From: a virus | Taxonomy: Duplodnaviria; Caudoviricetes | IMG/VR virus record: IMGVR_UViG_3300043469_000246 | Coordinates: 1-61,056 of that record | Direction: 5' to 3' (one strand) | Length of the DNA: 61,056 nucleotides | In this document: in pieces, positions 36,801 through 44,780 of the stretch | Layout of the letters: each line of letters begins with the position of its first letter | Position numbering within the stretch: the first letter of the stretch is position 1 | Notes under the pieces: generated by a model | What the model saw: the letters and a program-made list of their open reading frames with translations, nothing else | Databases searched by the model: none | What the model was told of the DNA's origin: nothing | Made by a program: the position numbers and the translations under genes

Positions 36801-39194
36801 GCGGTTACGGGCTTTGGTTGCTGCATCCTCAGTAAAGATCTTATTGGGCGTGACCTGAATAGCTGGTGCTTCTTCTTTCTTGGGAAGCTCAACTACTGTT
36901 TTTGGTTTTTCTTTAGGGGCAGAAGAAAGATAATTAACTATTTCTTGATAGCTAGATCCACTGCTTAATCCAGCTTCTTGTGCTCCTTTACCAAGATAAA
37001 AAGATTTGCGTCTACCACTTTTTATCTTAATTAATCCCATCTCTTCCATTTTTTTCAATTCTGGAAGAGCCTCGTCTACCATTTCTACATCTTTACCAGC
37101 AATCCCAAGCGCCTTATAAACAAAACGTGGCTCCATGTCAGCGGCATATTTAGCCTTAGCGTCTTCATATCCTTTTTGACGCTTAAGCATTGCTTCTGGC
37201 TCTTCAGGGAAAGCAGTCGTGCCAGCCTCAGCAGCAGCCCTCTGCTCGGCTTGGCGTTGGCGGTTAATTTCAGCCTGTGTTGGTGCTGGCGCTTCTGCTG
37301 GAACCTCGGCAGGAGCAACTTCTTCAGCTGGAGGAACAGTAACCTCTGGCTCAGTTACTACTTCTTCGGCAACTGGGGCTACGAGTGGCATGCCAAGAGT
37401 TTCTTTAACTGTATTTAAAGTTTCTTGTGGCGTTGCACCAATTTCTAAATTTAGTTCTTTAGCAAGTGGGTTTACATTTCTTGCTGTAACTTTTGCTGGA
37501 TCTTTCTCAAGCTCCTCAACAGTAATCCTCATTCGGTAGGCTTGCTCTGATTTGAGGTCAATTGGCTGTGCTGCTGGTGGCGTAATGGGAGCTTGTGGAG
37601 CTTGAATTAGCTGGGCAATCTCTTGCTGAATTATGTTCTGGCGCTCATTAAATATCTGTAACTCTTCTTCGGTCAAATTAGGATCGAGCTTGCGTTGCTC
37701 AATCATCTGGAACTGACCTTCTAGGTTTTGAACTTGCCCAGCGACTTCTGGTGGCAAGCCAGCGGTCTGCAACAGCATTGGTGTAGGCGTAGGCGCTACC
37801 CGTGGTGCTGGCGCTATAGCCTCTACTTCGGCTTCCTCAATAGTCGCAGATGGAGCAGGTGTAATGGCAGGGGTTACAGCTGGTGCAGCAGCTGGTGCAG
37901 CTGGAGGTACGGCTGGAGGAACGACTGGAGGAACGCCTTCACCGAGATCCAAGCGCATCTGAGCATCAATATCAGCCTGAGTAGGCGCTTTGGCTGCCTT
38001 CTCTGCTTCCTCTTTAGTCTTGGCTACTGCGCCACGATAAGCACCTGGACCAGCGCCACCCATAGCACCCAATACAAAGTTAGCAAAGGATTCTTCGCCA
38101 ATCTCTTTGATGACTGCTTTGTTAATACCTAAGTCTTTAGCGATGCCTTCTAGGAACTCTTGTGTGCCTTCTTCCGCTGCGCCAGCTGTAGTGCCGAGTG
38201 CGATACGTCCAAGGCGGTTCTTGACTGGACCAGTCATTAGCTTGTCAAACTGACCTGTAATTAATTTACCTGTGATAACGCTACCAAATGCCGATACAGA
38301 GCCTTGAAGTTGGGCTGCATACTCTGCTGCTTTATCGGTAACTACCTTACGGGCTTCTGCTGGATTTATCCCATCCTCAACCATCTTCTTAAAGTATGGG
38401 CTAGACTGCATCAGCTGCTCATCGCTGAGCTTGCCTACATACTCGGTAGCGTCTTTAACTGCCTCACCAGCACCCATACCAAAGCCGACTGTTCCAACAG
38501 CTTTACTGCTTCCTTTAGTTACGACTGCGGTTGTAATGATTGGGACTAAAGATCCTAAGACCTGAGATCCTTGCAGGGCATAACCCATGAAGGATGGGTT
38601 TTTACCAAAAGATAAGTTCTCAACGCTTTGATTCTGGATAGACTCTAGAAGATTACCTTCTACCTGAGAGTCAGCAATAGCCTGTTTGCCTGCCGCTGAT
38701 ACACTTTCACGCAGTCTTCCAGATACTCGCTCTCCCGCATCTGCCAACTGGGATAAGCCAGGAATCCGTGGTAATCCAGAGATAGCACGATCTACAGCAA
38801 TCTGATCTTGAGTTTGGCGCTCTTGTTGCTGTTCAAAGGACTCACCAGTAGCCTTCTTAATAAATGCCTTAGCGGTATTGGTAAGTAGCTGGGCTGGACC
38901 CTTCTTGACTAACTCTTCGGCAAAAGTGAGTGGCCCTACTTTAGATACAGGAGTAATCCCTTGTTGTTCAACAACTTGGCGAGGGATGTTACGGACTGAA
39001 GATTCTATGCCAAGCGGGATTGCTGCGGTAGGACCAACAGCCCCAGACGCAAACATTTTGGCTGGATCTAATAACTGGCTTGGTTCTTCTTCTTGCGGTG
39101 TTAAGTACTTAGCAAAAGGATTTTCAAGAGGCGTTTCAGCTGATTGTTCAACGTATTTTGCAAACGGGTTGACGTTCTCAGGCTTAGTAGCCAT
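27888..39194 (-). CDS. giant polyvalent virion/ejection protein: adenine MTase + Strawberry-notch-like SF2 helicase + zincin-like peptidase + LPD38-like C-terminus (DarB-like)
   Basis: EPTAGNG and NPPF (35961-35972); GDQTGIGKG, FDESH, SAT, STGLSLH, QTLGRVNR; HEIAH (31158-31172). Confidence 0.8.
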   Translation of the reverse strand: MATKPENVNPFAKYVEQSAETPLENPFAKYLTPQEEEPSQLLDPAKMFASGAVGPTAAIPLGIESSVRNIPRQVVEQQGITPVSKVGPLTFAEELVKKGPAQLLTNTAKAFIKKATGESFEQQQERQTQDQIAVDRAISGLPRIPGLSQLADAGERVSGRLRESVSAAGKQAIADSQVEGNLLESIQNQSVENLSFGKNPSFMGYALQGSQVLGSLVPIITTAVVTKGSSKAVGTVGFGMGAGEAVKDATEYVGKLSDEQLMQSSPYFKKMVEDGINPAEARKVVTDKAAEYAAQLQGSVSAFGSVITGKLITGQFDKLMTGPVKNRLGRIALGTTAGAAEEGTQEFLEGIAKDLGINKAVIKEIGEESFANFVLGAMGGAGPGAYRGAVAKTKEEAEKAAKAPTQADIDAQMRLDLGEGVPPVVPPAVPPAAPAAAPAVTPAITPAPSATIEEAEVEAIAPAPRVAPTPTPMLLQTAGLPPEVAGQVQNLEGQFQMIEQRKLDPNLTEEELQIFNERQNIIQQEIAQLIQAPQAPITPPAAQPIDLKSEQAYRMRITVEELEKDPAKVTARNVNPLAKELNLEIGATPQETLNTVKETLGMPLVAPVAEEVVTEPEVTVPPAEEVAPAEVPAEAPAPTQAEINRQRQAEQRAAAEAGTTAFPEEPEAMLKRQKGYEDAKAKYAADMEPRFVYKALGIAGKDVEMVDEALPELKKMEEMGLIKIKSGRRKSFYLGKGAQEAGLSSGSSYQEIVNYLSSAPKEKPKTVVELPKKEEAPAIQVTPNKIFTEDAATKARNRLRSKLNQLNSGIDPEFLIDGITLSGYHIEKGARTFSAYAKAMIADLGDKVKPYLKQWYNAVRDDPSAKSMVDDMDTYDKVQKAELPDTTEGVVDLMDPSGKFKIAEDISKHFLDGNGFKDILDARKFISNITGQKIEAGTAQAKEADEAIEVGVVLASRKIAKGDNVYDNLVDLYNRQPNLSVRTSTSISEQAYSTPAPLAYVASQLAGINKNSTVFEPTAGNGMLLIDASPKNVIANELNGTRYEMLERVMDGATINNENAVELNISREFDAVIANPPFGVVKNREGKTISYDVDGFKSNEIDHAIAFKALNNMKNDGRAVLIVGGVMGKTEDGRREGYRSPSKRNFYYNLYQKYNVVDHFTVSGDLYKKQGAAYPVDVIVINGKGGESIDLPTANVPKVYSSYEQLKEKLDEASRMVSRGAERPARADLGEAAVREGEPQTVGRGTVRPSEPAGTERARPERGEPTGVSAARPTPSGEPSGARAEPRAEQPKPVDVSERGRDEGKPIPRGEGEQPAGRRVTEERKPSTVGGPSIVSGERVKSGLVERRGEEVETAGQVTYEPHSQATSVGTLVPRAMRDSIEQSLQKVENEMGSLDEYVSDSIGMDLETLREDFSAEQIDALALAIRNAEAGKGFIIGDQTGIGKGRVVAAMIKFAIRSGKIPIFVTEKPNLYSDMIRDLDDIGMTRELALDTAKPKIFITNGGESIPYQLLRKKGDQVEEINLTLKAPKSGKALDGMMEELRNKESIGDYKVIFTTYSQLQTVKGKDTERQKFIKTFGAGNYMIFDESHNAGGAGETQARSKEQREAAKKGESLSTGRSAFVRNLVNNAFGTFFSSATYAKRPDVMDLYSSTNMMLAVDKPSDLAEAIKRGGVPMQQIVATMLTKDGQYIRRERTFAGIAYNTIDTKVEKETAENMATAMRDILAFSRSKDVALKQMQKTLDKEAKMVTEVGGEKTTVQGANFGSVMHNLIDQMLLSLKAKDSVRHAIDRLKAGEKVVMTVSNTMGSFLQSYAEDMNINVGERLDLSFADLYIRYLDKQLMITIKTPDGKKTQRKLTPDELGPTLMARYNQIRQQIENSGFGSAPISPIDYMHSELRKAGYKTDEITGRTVTLNYTTGEPILTTRSANIRQRVNAVRGFNGGDTDVIILNQAGSTGLSLHASNKFKDQSKRHMIIVQAEKNIDVHVQTLGRVNRTGQVVVPAYSQMMADIPAEMRPAAVLLKKMASLNANTTASRKSAVTAEGVVDFMNDYGGQVAQEYLRDNPEIHNALGGDKMLAIAEDTNEALEADIRRFTGYIPILPLAQQEEVYADLIDRYNELLERENSMGTNRLEAKAFDLDAETLSVEALTEDKGEDSVFSTPAFMERVDVKRTVKPYSSQEIKEMVNENLGGKTKQQIAKEFISEFDERENKYFNEKMADLKEKETDPIKIDEQQGRQRLMAGQIRSVLQNIQIGDPVTIKDKNGVYVYGMITDIKNVKRTVNPASGSDWKMILAVANGDSKSLTLNFSQIGTNYTLEKEDVVNYLNPETQQGEYVPIIDIFDKGASVRREKRWMITGNILAGFAQYPGQILTYTKNDGTTGQGILMSRQFDFEREKKSADVRLKTPQDMMRFLDELGGTISSDDNVIRITKRGDTYMFDLPSNKRSGGEYFLDKNLTDILGRRDFYKRGSSMLNYTRDPAEFAQAIDYLMKEKEQFFKAVTYQEQARKMFAPKTTLEDITGITPKQIDTRRDEVRAEQIKRSAELSRGISVIKRQIIKGNIGINIQRELTFLDQAKKEINKKIAKTKPPRKTAEWFRAKAAAELAADNIDNDTYKVVDALATRYPAVLDGLSLSIQQPKVAGVSGNFEPVKRLVTIYKSFDLFGPLPKDKTMRHEIAHSMEQMMTPEAQTAVVNAWADALQKAIEDNTDQVSQDYFEAVFDYLQNPTEATYRKATDALPDYKLYQFINPSEYWAVNAEPLLKAQLGGGWQRFKKAMQRLLETIKDVLGFDNKRAIHREFARIMSGNQQRITNQMLVEYVTDNADALKFLNNVDDFDKKFQADGLNHTPVKPSRGVKDLLLGGFRGARQVYKDAKDAPLLASQAMGGKLVRAITYVRNKNIWYGAGLEMADLALQKARGLEGMLRDGEMRAVASIAVTNALHAGHIASEVIIRGALAFNAKTQMFQAIRRPFSMANVLLAKHDLIEREGLQRATDRVNTFFEAKRSKSIMDEFKAREKELNDLNAEMRDPKTSVARQALLLDEILQAEKGLRMINIAKKKVRFDEEQIKFYGDQEKQHPELRTMLDNWTKVNDNMIDMMLFGKIISEKRAKQLKGIKDYVPWYRIQDDMEDLHQASQMGGVKRLTNVGKEKRFEDTVVVKDIDDIVDNMLHNVAMITRNSMRNYAANRVAQQYATRNKKGQIAVFPEEGRTPEGAVRTNILVNGRRIIIEIKDPLIAESVLGMENISMPAMDMLGALANGLRRGVTLWPQFQIRQLFMDAPTAALVTGLKDPTRVWAGTFRGFIKALQSDDPVVDMLKSYGIGGYQSYTRTPEIEYKQQIGLMEKNKFDALMGLLDRVGDASDYGQRVSVYNNTLRQTGDEMLALLQANNVIDFLKRGSARHAQFLTKTVSFMNAYAQQIDILAMSLVGKRLTGKARGAALAQLAKTGATFGFYVMLYSMAVGDDDEYQKLDDQTKVRNIFLSKNWTGLDNNILLPMHTSASFMFKAIPELTYNYVTTQGTSNEIDGTRLRTALREAAFDSLLGPNLISTGVKPFAEITLNRNFFTGSTVTPRGMEDLDAVEQYTAATSQLGKIFSAVTSIPFTEGKRVLNPIEADHLVRGLFGTTGSAVQWLSNMFGEDRPSSTTRQNPLYGSFVAPDVARGNEDLFYDFKKRVDNKYETYMKLLERDKADEADKYFDKNEDLISARDYVTSMEVALRDINLQIRMAGEVKDKTATPEQRRQEIIDLQRTKQEILDGIIEMRLESKL

Positions 39195-39209
39195 GGTTTA
39201 ATCCTCGAA

Positions 39210-41411
39210 TTATTTGCCTAGCGCTCTTTGCGCTGCACCAACCCCAAATATAGCATCAAATTGCTTCCTTGTTTCAGGTGTATCCATATTTTTTAACTGT
39301 TGAATAGCTGCTTTTGGTGGGGCACTTGTGGGACTAGCTGGTGCTTTGCCAGGTGCTGGAGGAGTACCAGAATCTTGTTGATTTGGTATGTTGATCGTTT
39401 TAAGTTTAAGAAGATCACGCAAATCAGGAGATAAATTTTCAAGAGCTATCTTTTGAGCATCAATTTCTATTTGATCAGGATTGCCCTTATATTTTTTATG
39501 CAAAGCTGTTCCAACTTTACTTGCTCCAGCCGTTATTTGTGCTCTAGCATTTCCTAATAAAGTGTTATATGTAGTTTGTGCTCTAGAAAGATCAAGTGCA
39601 GCTCTGTTTGTTGCGGTAGCTCCAGCCGTAGCTTTAGCTTGTTCAAGGGCTGCTTCTTTACCGTACAGTTGACCAAGTGCCGTTTGCTGCGCTCCAAGTA
39701 ACCCAGTCTCACGGGCAAATTTAGACTTTTCTCTTTCAACACCTTGCTGTAATAGGATTTTTCCTAAGTCTTTTTCTTCTAATTTACTTCTAGCATAAGA
39801 TTTAAATCCTTCTTCACCACCTGCTCCAAAATTACTTAATGGGTCTTGTGATGTACCTTGCATGGTTCTTAAGCCAGCCGCTGTTAAAGCGGCATAAGGA
39901 GCCATTCTTTTACTTTCTGCTATCTGCGCACGGATTTGCTCATCTTGTGCCCGTGATTCTTTGAATGGATCTTCCGTCTTTAAGCGCTTCATTGCCTCAA
40001 GCACTTCTCTTTCTAGTTGATCACGATAAGACTGCCGAGACTGAGATGCACTTTTAATGGCATCAACCCCACTAGGATTGCCACCCTCTCTAAATGCCAC
40101 GATACCGCCACCTGCCATATTTTCTGGAACCATCTCACCTGTACTAATACTGGCAATACCAGAACGTAGAGCGGGAGCCATGATTTGATCCGACTCAGGA
40201 TTCATTGCCATACGGCTTCGCAACATAAGTTCTCTTCTAATCATATCTACTTCAAGTTCATCTAAATTAGGATTGCTAATTAATTTTTCTAATTGTTCCG
40301 TTGGCATTGTTTTAATATCGCCACCACTCCTGTATGCTAGACCGCCTTGTGCCATCTTAACGGGACCACCTTTAGCTCCTTTAAATCCACCTGACATACC
40401 ATAGATACCAAGAGCTGAAAGACCTAGACCGCCAAGCTGAGATGCTGCACTTGGAGGGGCTTGATATGTTGCCCGATTAGTAGCTTCCATAGGCAAACCA
40501 CGCAACATATTAGACATAACTCCAAGCTGCATAAGCGGATATTGTTGCTGTGTACCGTAGTCTTGGATAGCTTGATTAATCTTCTGTTGCTCAAGAGCTT
40601 GTTGCTGACCACCCATTGCTGCCATCTGGTTTTGACGAGCTATATCAGCGCCTTGCTGAGTAGCCCCTAATTGACCTAACTGAGCACCAGCACCCATTGC
40701 CTGTCCGTACCCTTGCATACCTAAATTAGCACCAAACTGTTGCGTCTGCATTGCTCTGTCGTAAGCAGATTGCGCCCCTTGCGTTTGAATATTGGATAGA
40801 TTAGATAATAAATTGCGCTCACGCTCAGTATTAGCAAGAAGATTTCTAGCGCCGCCATATGTACCTGTACGAGCAGCGCCTAAGTTTTGAGCTTGTTTTG
40901 CCATCTCTGCTTCACGAACCGCTGCTGCTTTAGCAACATCAGTTACGTTTTGCATATAGGGAGACATATAAGACTGCGTTGTATTTGATGCATCAAACAT
41001 GGGGTTTCTATTTGCATCAAACATCGGATTGCCAGCAGCATCTACTCTTTGTCTATTTGTTACGTTTTGACCAAACTGTCCAGCAGCGCCTAAAGACCGA
41101 ATACCACCTGCGCCTGTTAGCCCGCTACCTAAAGCAAACTGTCCTGGTTGCTGCATTGCTCCAGCTTCAAACTGAGCTTGCCGTTGTAAAGGAGAGAACC
41201 CAGCAGAGTAGTCGTTGACATTGGTGCTATAGGGTTGATATGGTCTAAACCCAGTAATATCATAACCACCCTCTGGAGTCTTGTTCCCAGTAAATAACTG
41301 CTGCTGGGTAGCCTCGAACATGTTCGTTACATACGGCTTCGCATACTCAGGAATATTTGAAGTTACCGTAGTATTCTGGCTTGGACCTGGACTACCGCCG
41401 CCTTTACCCAT
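39210..41411 (-). CDS. putative DNA ejection (internal virion) protein
   Basis: Gln/Gly/Ala-rich, YMSPYMQNV, xxGG motifs, position before giant protein. Confidence 0.65.
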   Translation of the reverse strand: MGKGGGSPGPSQNTTVTSNIPEYAKPYVTNMFEATQQQLFTGNKTPEGGYDITGFRPYQPYSTNVNDYSAGFSPLQRQAQFEAGAMQQPGQFALGSGLTGAGGIRSLGAAGQFGQNVTNRQRVDAAGNPMFDANRNPMFDASNTTQSYMSPYMQNVTDVAKAAAVREAEMAKQAQNLGAARTGTYGGARNLLANTERERNLLSNLSNIQTQGAQSAYDRAMQTQQFGANLGMQGYGQAMGAGAQLGQLGATQQGADIARQNQMAAMGGQQQALEQQKINQAIQDYGTQQQYPLMQLGVMSNMLRGLPMEATNRATYQAPPSAASQLGGLGLSALGIYGMSGGFKGAKGGPVKMAQGGLAYRSGGDIKTMPTEQLEKLISNPNLDELEVDMIRRELMLRSRMAMNPESDQIMAPALRSGIASISTGEMVPENMAGGGIVAFREGGNPSGVDAIKSASQSRQSYRDQLEREVLEAMKRLKTEDPFKESRAQDEQIRAQIAESKRMAPYAALTAAGLRTMQGTSQDPLSNFGAGGEEGFKSYARSKLEEKDLGKILLQQGVEREKSKFARETGLLGAQQTALGQLYGKEAALEQAKATAGATATNRAALDLSRAQTTYNTLLGNARAQITAGASKVGTALHKKYKGNPDQIEIDAQKIALENLSPDLRDLLKLKTINIPNQQDSGTPPAPGKAPASPTSAPPKAAIQQLKNMDTPETRKQFDAIFGVGAAQRALGK

Positions 41412-41420
41412 ATCTGCTCC

Positions 41421-41834
41421 TTATACTGGCAACTCGAAAGTTACCCAATGTTGTTTATACCCATCATTAATAAATATTTTAGCCCAGCCAGCTCTGGCTG
41501 TAGCTTCAATTCCATCACACCCCATGTCTTTTGCATATCTTTGCAACAAACTTAACATCTGGTCTTTCCATTCTTTTAAATCACGCCCGCCACAAAACGC
41601 CATACATAGCAGTTTACGTTTTGGGTAAATAACCATGTTTGTTACTACCGCACCTTTTATGCCTGTTTCGTCAAAAGCAACCCATAATTGGTAATCGTGT
41701 TCTACTACTGAGTCATAAATATCGTCGCTTGTATATCTATCATGAGTATACTTTGCCGCTTTTTCCATAAAAGGTTTTATTTGTTCCCAGCACGTATCAA
41801 TAAACTGCTTTGGAACTAAAGAAACCTCAATCAT
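41421..41834 (-). CDS. GNAT-fold-like virion assembly protein
   Basis: QLWV..GAVVT..YP..GG..W..AKDMGC..IE..AR.GW; position analogous to T7 gp13/P22 gp14. Confidence 0.55.
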   Translation of the reverse strand: MIEVSLVPKQFIDTCWEQIKPFMEKAAKYTHDRYTSDDIYDSVVEHDYQLWVAFDETGIKGAVVTNMVIYPKRKLLCMAFCGGRDLKEWKDQMLSLLQRYAKDMGCDGIEATARAGWAKIFINDGYKQHWVTFELPV

Positions 41835-44359
41835 GCAGCCAATAGCCCTTTTCTAGGTTTAATTTTAGCCCGTTTTTTACGATCTATAGCCATTAATCCC
41901 CCTGCTCTATTACCAGTAGGAGCCGCATCAGCTGCAACAACAGGTGCTGGCGCTGAAGCAGAAGCAGGTCTTGCCGCATCAGAAATTGGAGTACCTAAAA
42001 CTAAATTATTTACAGGTGGTGGTCTGTATGTATATGGATTTGTTACAGCAGTAGCTGGATTAACAAAATTAGCTGGCGGTGGTCCATATTGATCCATCAT
42101 TTGACCGTACAAGAACTCCAAGCCAGCATTGGAATAAGGATCACGCACCGAATCTGGCAAATTGGTAGTGCGCCGACCTAAAGTTGGATATGTGGGTTGA
42201 TAAGGTCCTGCACGGTTTAAAGTGTTTAGTAAGCTAGCTTGTTTCTGTGCTAAGTTTTCTGGTGTCACCACATTTGGTGTGCGGTCACGAGTATCAACAC
42301 CTTGGTAGTTAGCATAATTAAATGGCACAGTTAAGCCAGCAGCTCTATATGCGTCGCTTAACACTTGGTTGCTTTGGTAGTATCCAGGATCTTGCCTTGA
42401 CAATACCCCTTGGCGCCCCGCTGCTTCTGCTTCTGCTCTAGCTATATTTGCATCTTCGCCAATTTGCTGACCATAAAGGTTATCAACAATTACCCGTGCT
42501 TGTGGTGTTGCAAGTATTGCTCTTGTTTCAGCTGCGGTTTTATTAACGCCGTTTACTGGCGCTAAACTGCTTTTTATGTTGTTGTACGCTGCATCGCTCA
42601 ACGTTCCATTATCACGAGCAGTCTTAATAGCTGCCTCTATATGAGGCTCATTTATTATATCTACGCCTGGATTTGCTGTGTAAACGCCATCTATAAACTT
42701 ACTTACAACGGCTTGACGAGTTGCTGGAGTTGTAAATTGAACTCTTCTGCCGTCTATCATTGACACGTTTTCTGCATCATCTGCTACGTCATAAATACTT
42801 TTATCCGAGTAATAACCAGCAAAAGGATCTGATTCTAATGCGGCAAGATCCAAGTTTTCAAACTTTTTGCCAATCGGAATATTTTGTTCTGTTCGTTCTT
42901 TTGCAGCAGCTTGGGTAATACGATCTGCAAGTTGGCTTGCCGTAAGTCCTTCTTTTTGTGCTACAGAGAACCAATATTGCTGACCTGCTGGCTCTGGGTT
43001 TCTGCCCAACACTTGTCTGTATACAGAGGCAATGCCTTGTCTATCTAAATTTTGACCCTCTACCGCTTGAGCAATACCTTTAGAAACATCAGCTACAGAT
43101 TGTCCGCCTGCTATAGCATTACCGTAAAAATCTCTAGCTGTCTGTTCAGCTTCACGACCAAATTGTTGTTGGAAAATTTGATTAACTTGATTACCTCTAG
43201 CTTCTGGAGACGCTGCCATACTTGCACGAATTTGCTCGATTGGTGTGCCAGTAGCTAACAGATTTGAATAATACGCTAAACCAGCTGCATCTGGTTTACG
43301 ACCTAAAACAGAATCGTACAAAGCAGCAACTTCACCACCATCAGCATATCCAACCATCCCACCACTAGCGTATCCAGCTATACCGCCAGATGCTTTTTTT
43401 ACAGGTAAATACTTTTCAGCATTAACTTCTGGGGCTTGTTTCTTTTTACCAGTGCGGGCTTGGCGTATCTTGTCCATCATGCTGTATAAGCGTTTTGCAC
43501 CAGCATCGGTAGAGCCGTTGCCTAAATGCGACACCACATCAGCTGGAACTACAAACTCCCCATCAGCAAGGCGGGCGGGTTGTTTCCCACCGATAACGCC
43601 AGGAATAGAATCAGACATACCATCACCAGGACCTTTAAGCATTCTGCCGCCATCTGAGTACCCTCCTAAACTAGCAATGCCTCCACCAGCCATGTCCATG
43701 CCAGCTTCATCATCGTATGAATTCATTACACCGCCTGCTGCTGCGTAACTTGGGCGATAGTATGGATTGGGTCTTGGAGCCTCGTACGCTTTATAGTTAG
43801 GGCTTAATCTATAGCCTTTTAAACGTTTATCGTATTCATCTTCTTGATAACCACCACCAGCGGATGAACGGTTTTGACTTCCTAATAACGACAAAGCTGT
43901 TGTTCCAGCAAGACCATAACCAAGTTTTTGTGCACCAGTTAATCCAGTAGCGGTGCTTGTGACTGGAGGTGTAAAGGTCATGCTTGATGGTAATACGGTA
44001 TTTGCTGCTAATCCTGTATTTGCTGCTGGAACCATACCAGCAACGGGTGATGCTTCAGCAAGAGCCAAGGCTTCTAAATTTAATGCTGCTGCTGGAGCTG
44101 CCGTTGCTGCTGCCCCCGCTGGAGCTAATGGAGCTAATGGAGCTACTGCGGTTGCTGGAGCTGCTGGTAAAATAGCAGCACCAGTGCCACCAATAAGACC
44201 GCCAGTAAGCATACTGTTTAAAATATCGCCTTTACCAGTTACGGCACTGTATAAACCACCTACACCAGCGCCAATTAAAGCTCCACCACCAATAGTGGCT
44301 GCTAAACCAGTTAGTCCTACGGTTCCACCGACTGTAGCTGCTATCGTGACGAATGCCAT
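41831..44359 (-). CDS. putative ejection protein with DUF4214-like helical repeats
   Basis: hydrophobic Gly-rich N-terminus; GPGDGMSDSIP..LADGEFVVPADVV; three (L/F)GR.P/A...G..Y repeats. Confidence 0.65.
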   Translation of the reverse strand: MAFVTIAATVGGTVGLTGLAATIGGGALIGAGVGGLYSAVTGKGDILNSMLTGGLIGGTGAAILPAAPATAVAPLAPLAPAGAAATAAPAAALNLEALALAEASPVAGMVPAANTGLAANTVLPSSMTFTPPVTSTATGLTGAQKLGYGLAGTTALSLLGSQNRSSAGGGYQEDEYDKRLKGYRLSPNYKAYEAPRPNPYYRPSYAAAGGVMNSYDDEAGMDMAGGGIASLGGYSDGGRMLKGPGDGMSDSIPGVIGGKQPARLADGEFVVPADVVSHLGNGSTDAGAKRLYSMMDKIRQARTGKKKQAPEVNAEKYLPVKKASGGIAGYASGGMVGYADGGEVAALYDSVLGRKPDAAGLAYYSNLLATGTPIEQIRASMAASPEARGNQVNQIFQQQFGREAEQTARDFYGNAIAGGQSVADVSKGIAQAVEGQNLDRQGIASVYRQVLGRNPEPAGQQYWFSVAQKEGLTASQLADRITQAAAKERTEQNIPIGKKFENLDLAALESDPFAGYYSDKSIYDVADDAENVSMIDGRRVQFTTPATRQAVVSKFIDGVYTANPGVDIINEPHIEAAIKTARDNGTLSDAAYNNIKSSLAPVNGVNKTAAETRAILATPQARVIVDNLYGQQIGEDANIARAEAEAAGRQGVLSRQDPGYYQSNQVLSDAYRAAGLTVPFNYANYQGVDTRDRTPNVVTPENLAQKQASLLNTLNRAGPYQPTYPTLGRRTTNLPDSVRDPYSNAGLEFLYGQMMDQYGPPPANFVNPATAVTNPYTYRPPPVNNLVLGTPISDAARPASASAPAPVVAADAAPTGNRAGGLMAIDRKKRAKIKPRKGLLAA

Positions 44360-44360
44360 A

Positions 44361-44780
44361 TTAGTTCCCTTCCAGCAAGAAGTCTTTTGAGTTGTCTACG
44401 CACATATTTTCTAGTTTTTCTATGTCGGTCTCTGGTGTTGAGTAAATGTTTTGAAATACAACTGTTTCAATAATATAAGCAATTTTACGCCCAGGCTTAG
44501 CCATAAAGGTTGTTGGTGCAACTAATTCTTTCTTATTACCCTGCTCGTCCATGACGATCATACGTCCTGAAACCATATTACAAAGATGCTCCATGCGGTG
44601 ATGTTTGCCAATAATCAAAGCACCTGTTGGCATAGTTACTTCTTTAATGTAGAGGTTAGGTCCAAAGTGATGTTTTTCTTCGCATTTAATCTGTGGCTGC
44701 GCTTTGGCTGTCTGATATAAATTACCGATCTTCGCCTCTAAAAGAGATGCGGTTCTAGGCTTTATTGCAACAACGCTCAT
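44361..44780 (-). CDS. cupin-like protein
   Basis: HHFGPNLYIKE..P.G...GKHH..H...SG. Confidence 0.6.
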   Translation of the reverse strand: MSVVAIKPRTASLLEAKIGNLYQTAKAQPQIKCEEKHHFGPNLYIKEVTMPTGALIIGKHHRMEHLCNMVSGRMIVMDEQGNKKELVAPTTFMAKPGRKIAYIIETVVFQNIYSTPETDIEKLENMCVDNSKDFLLEGN

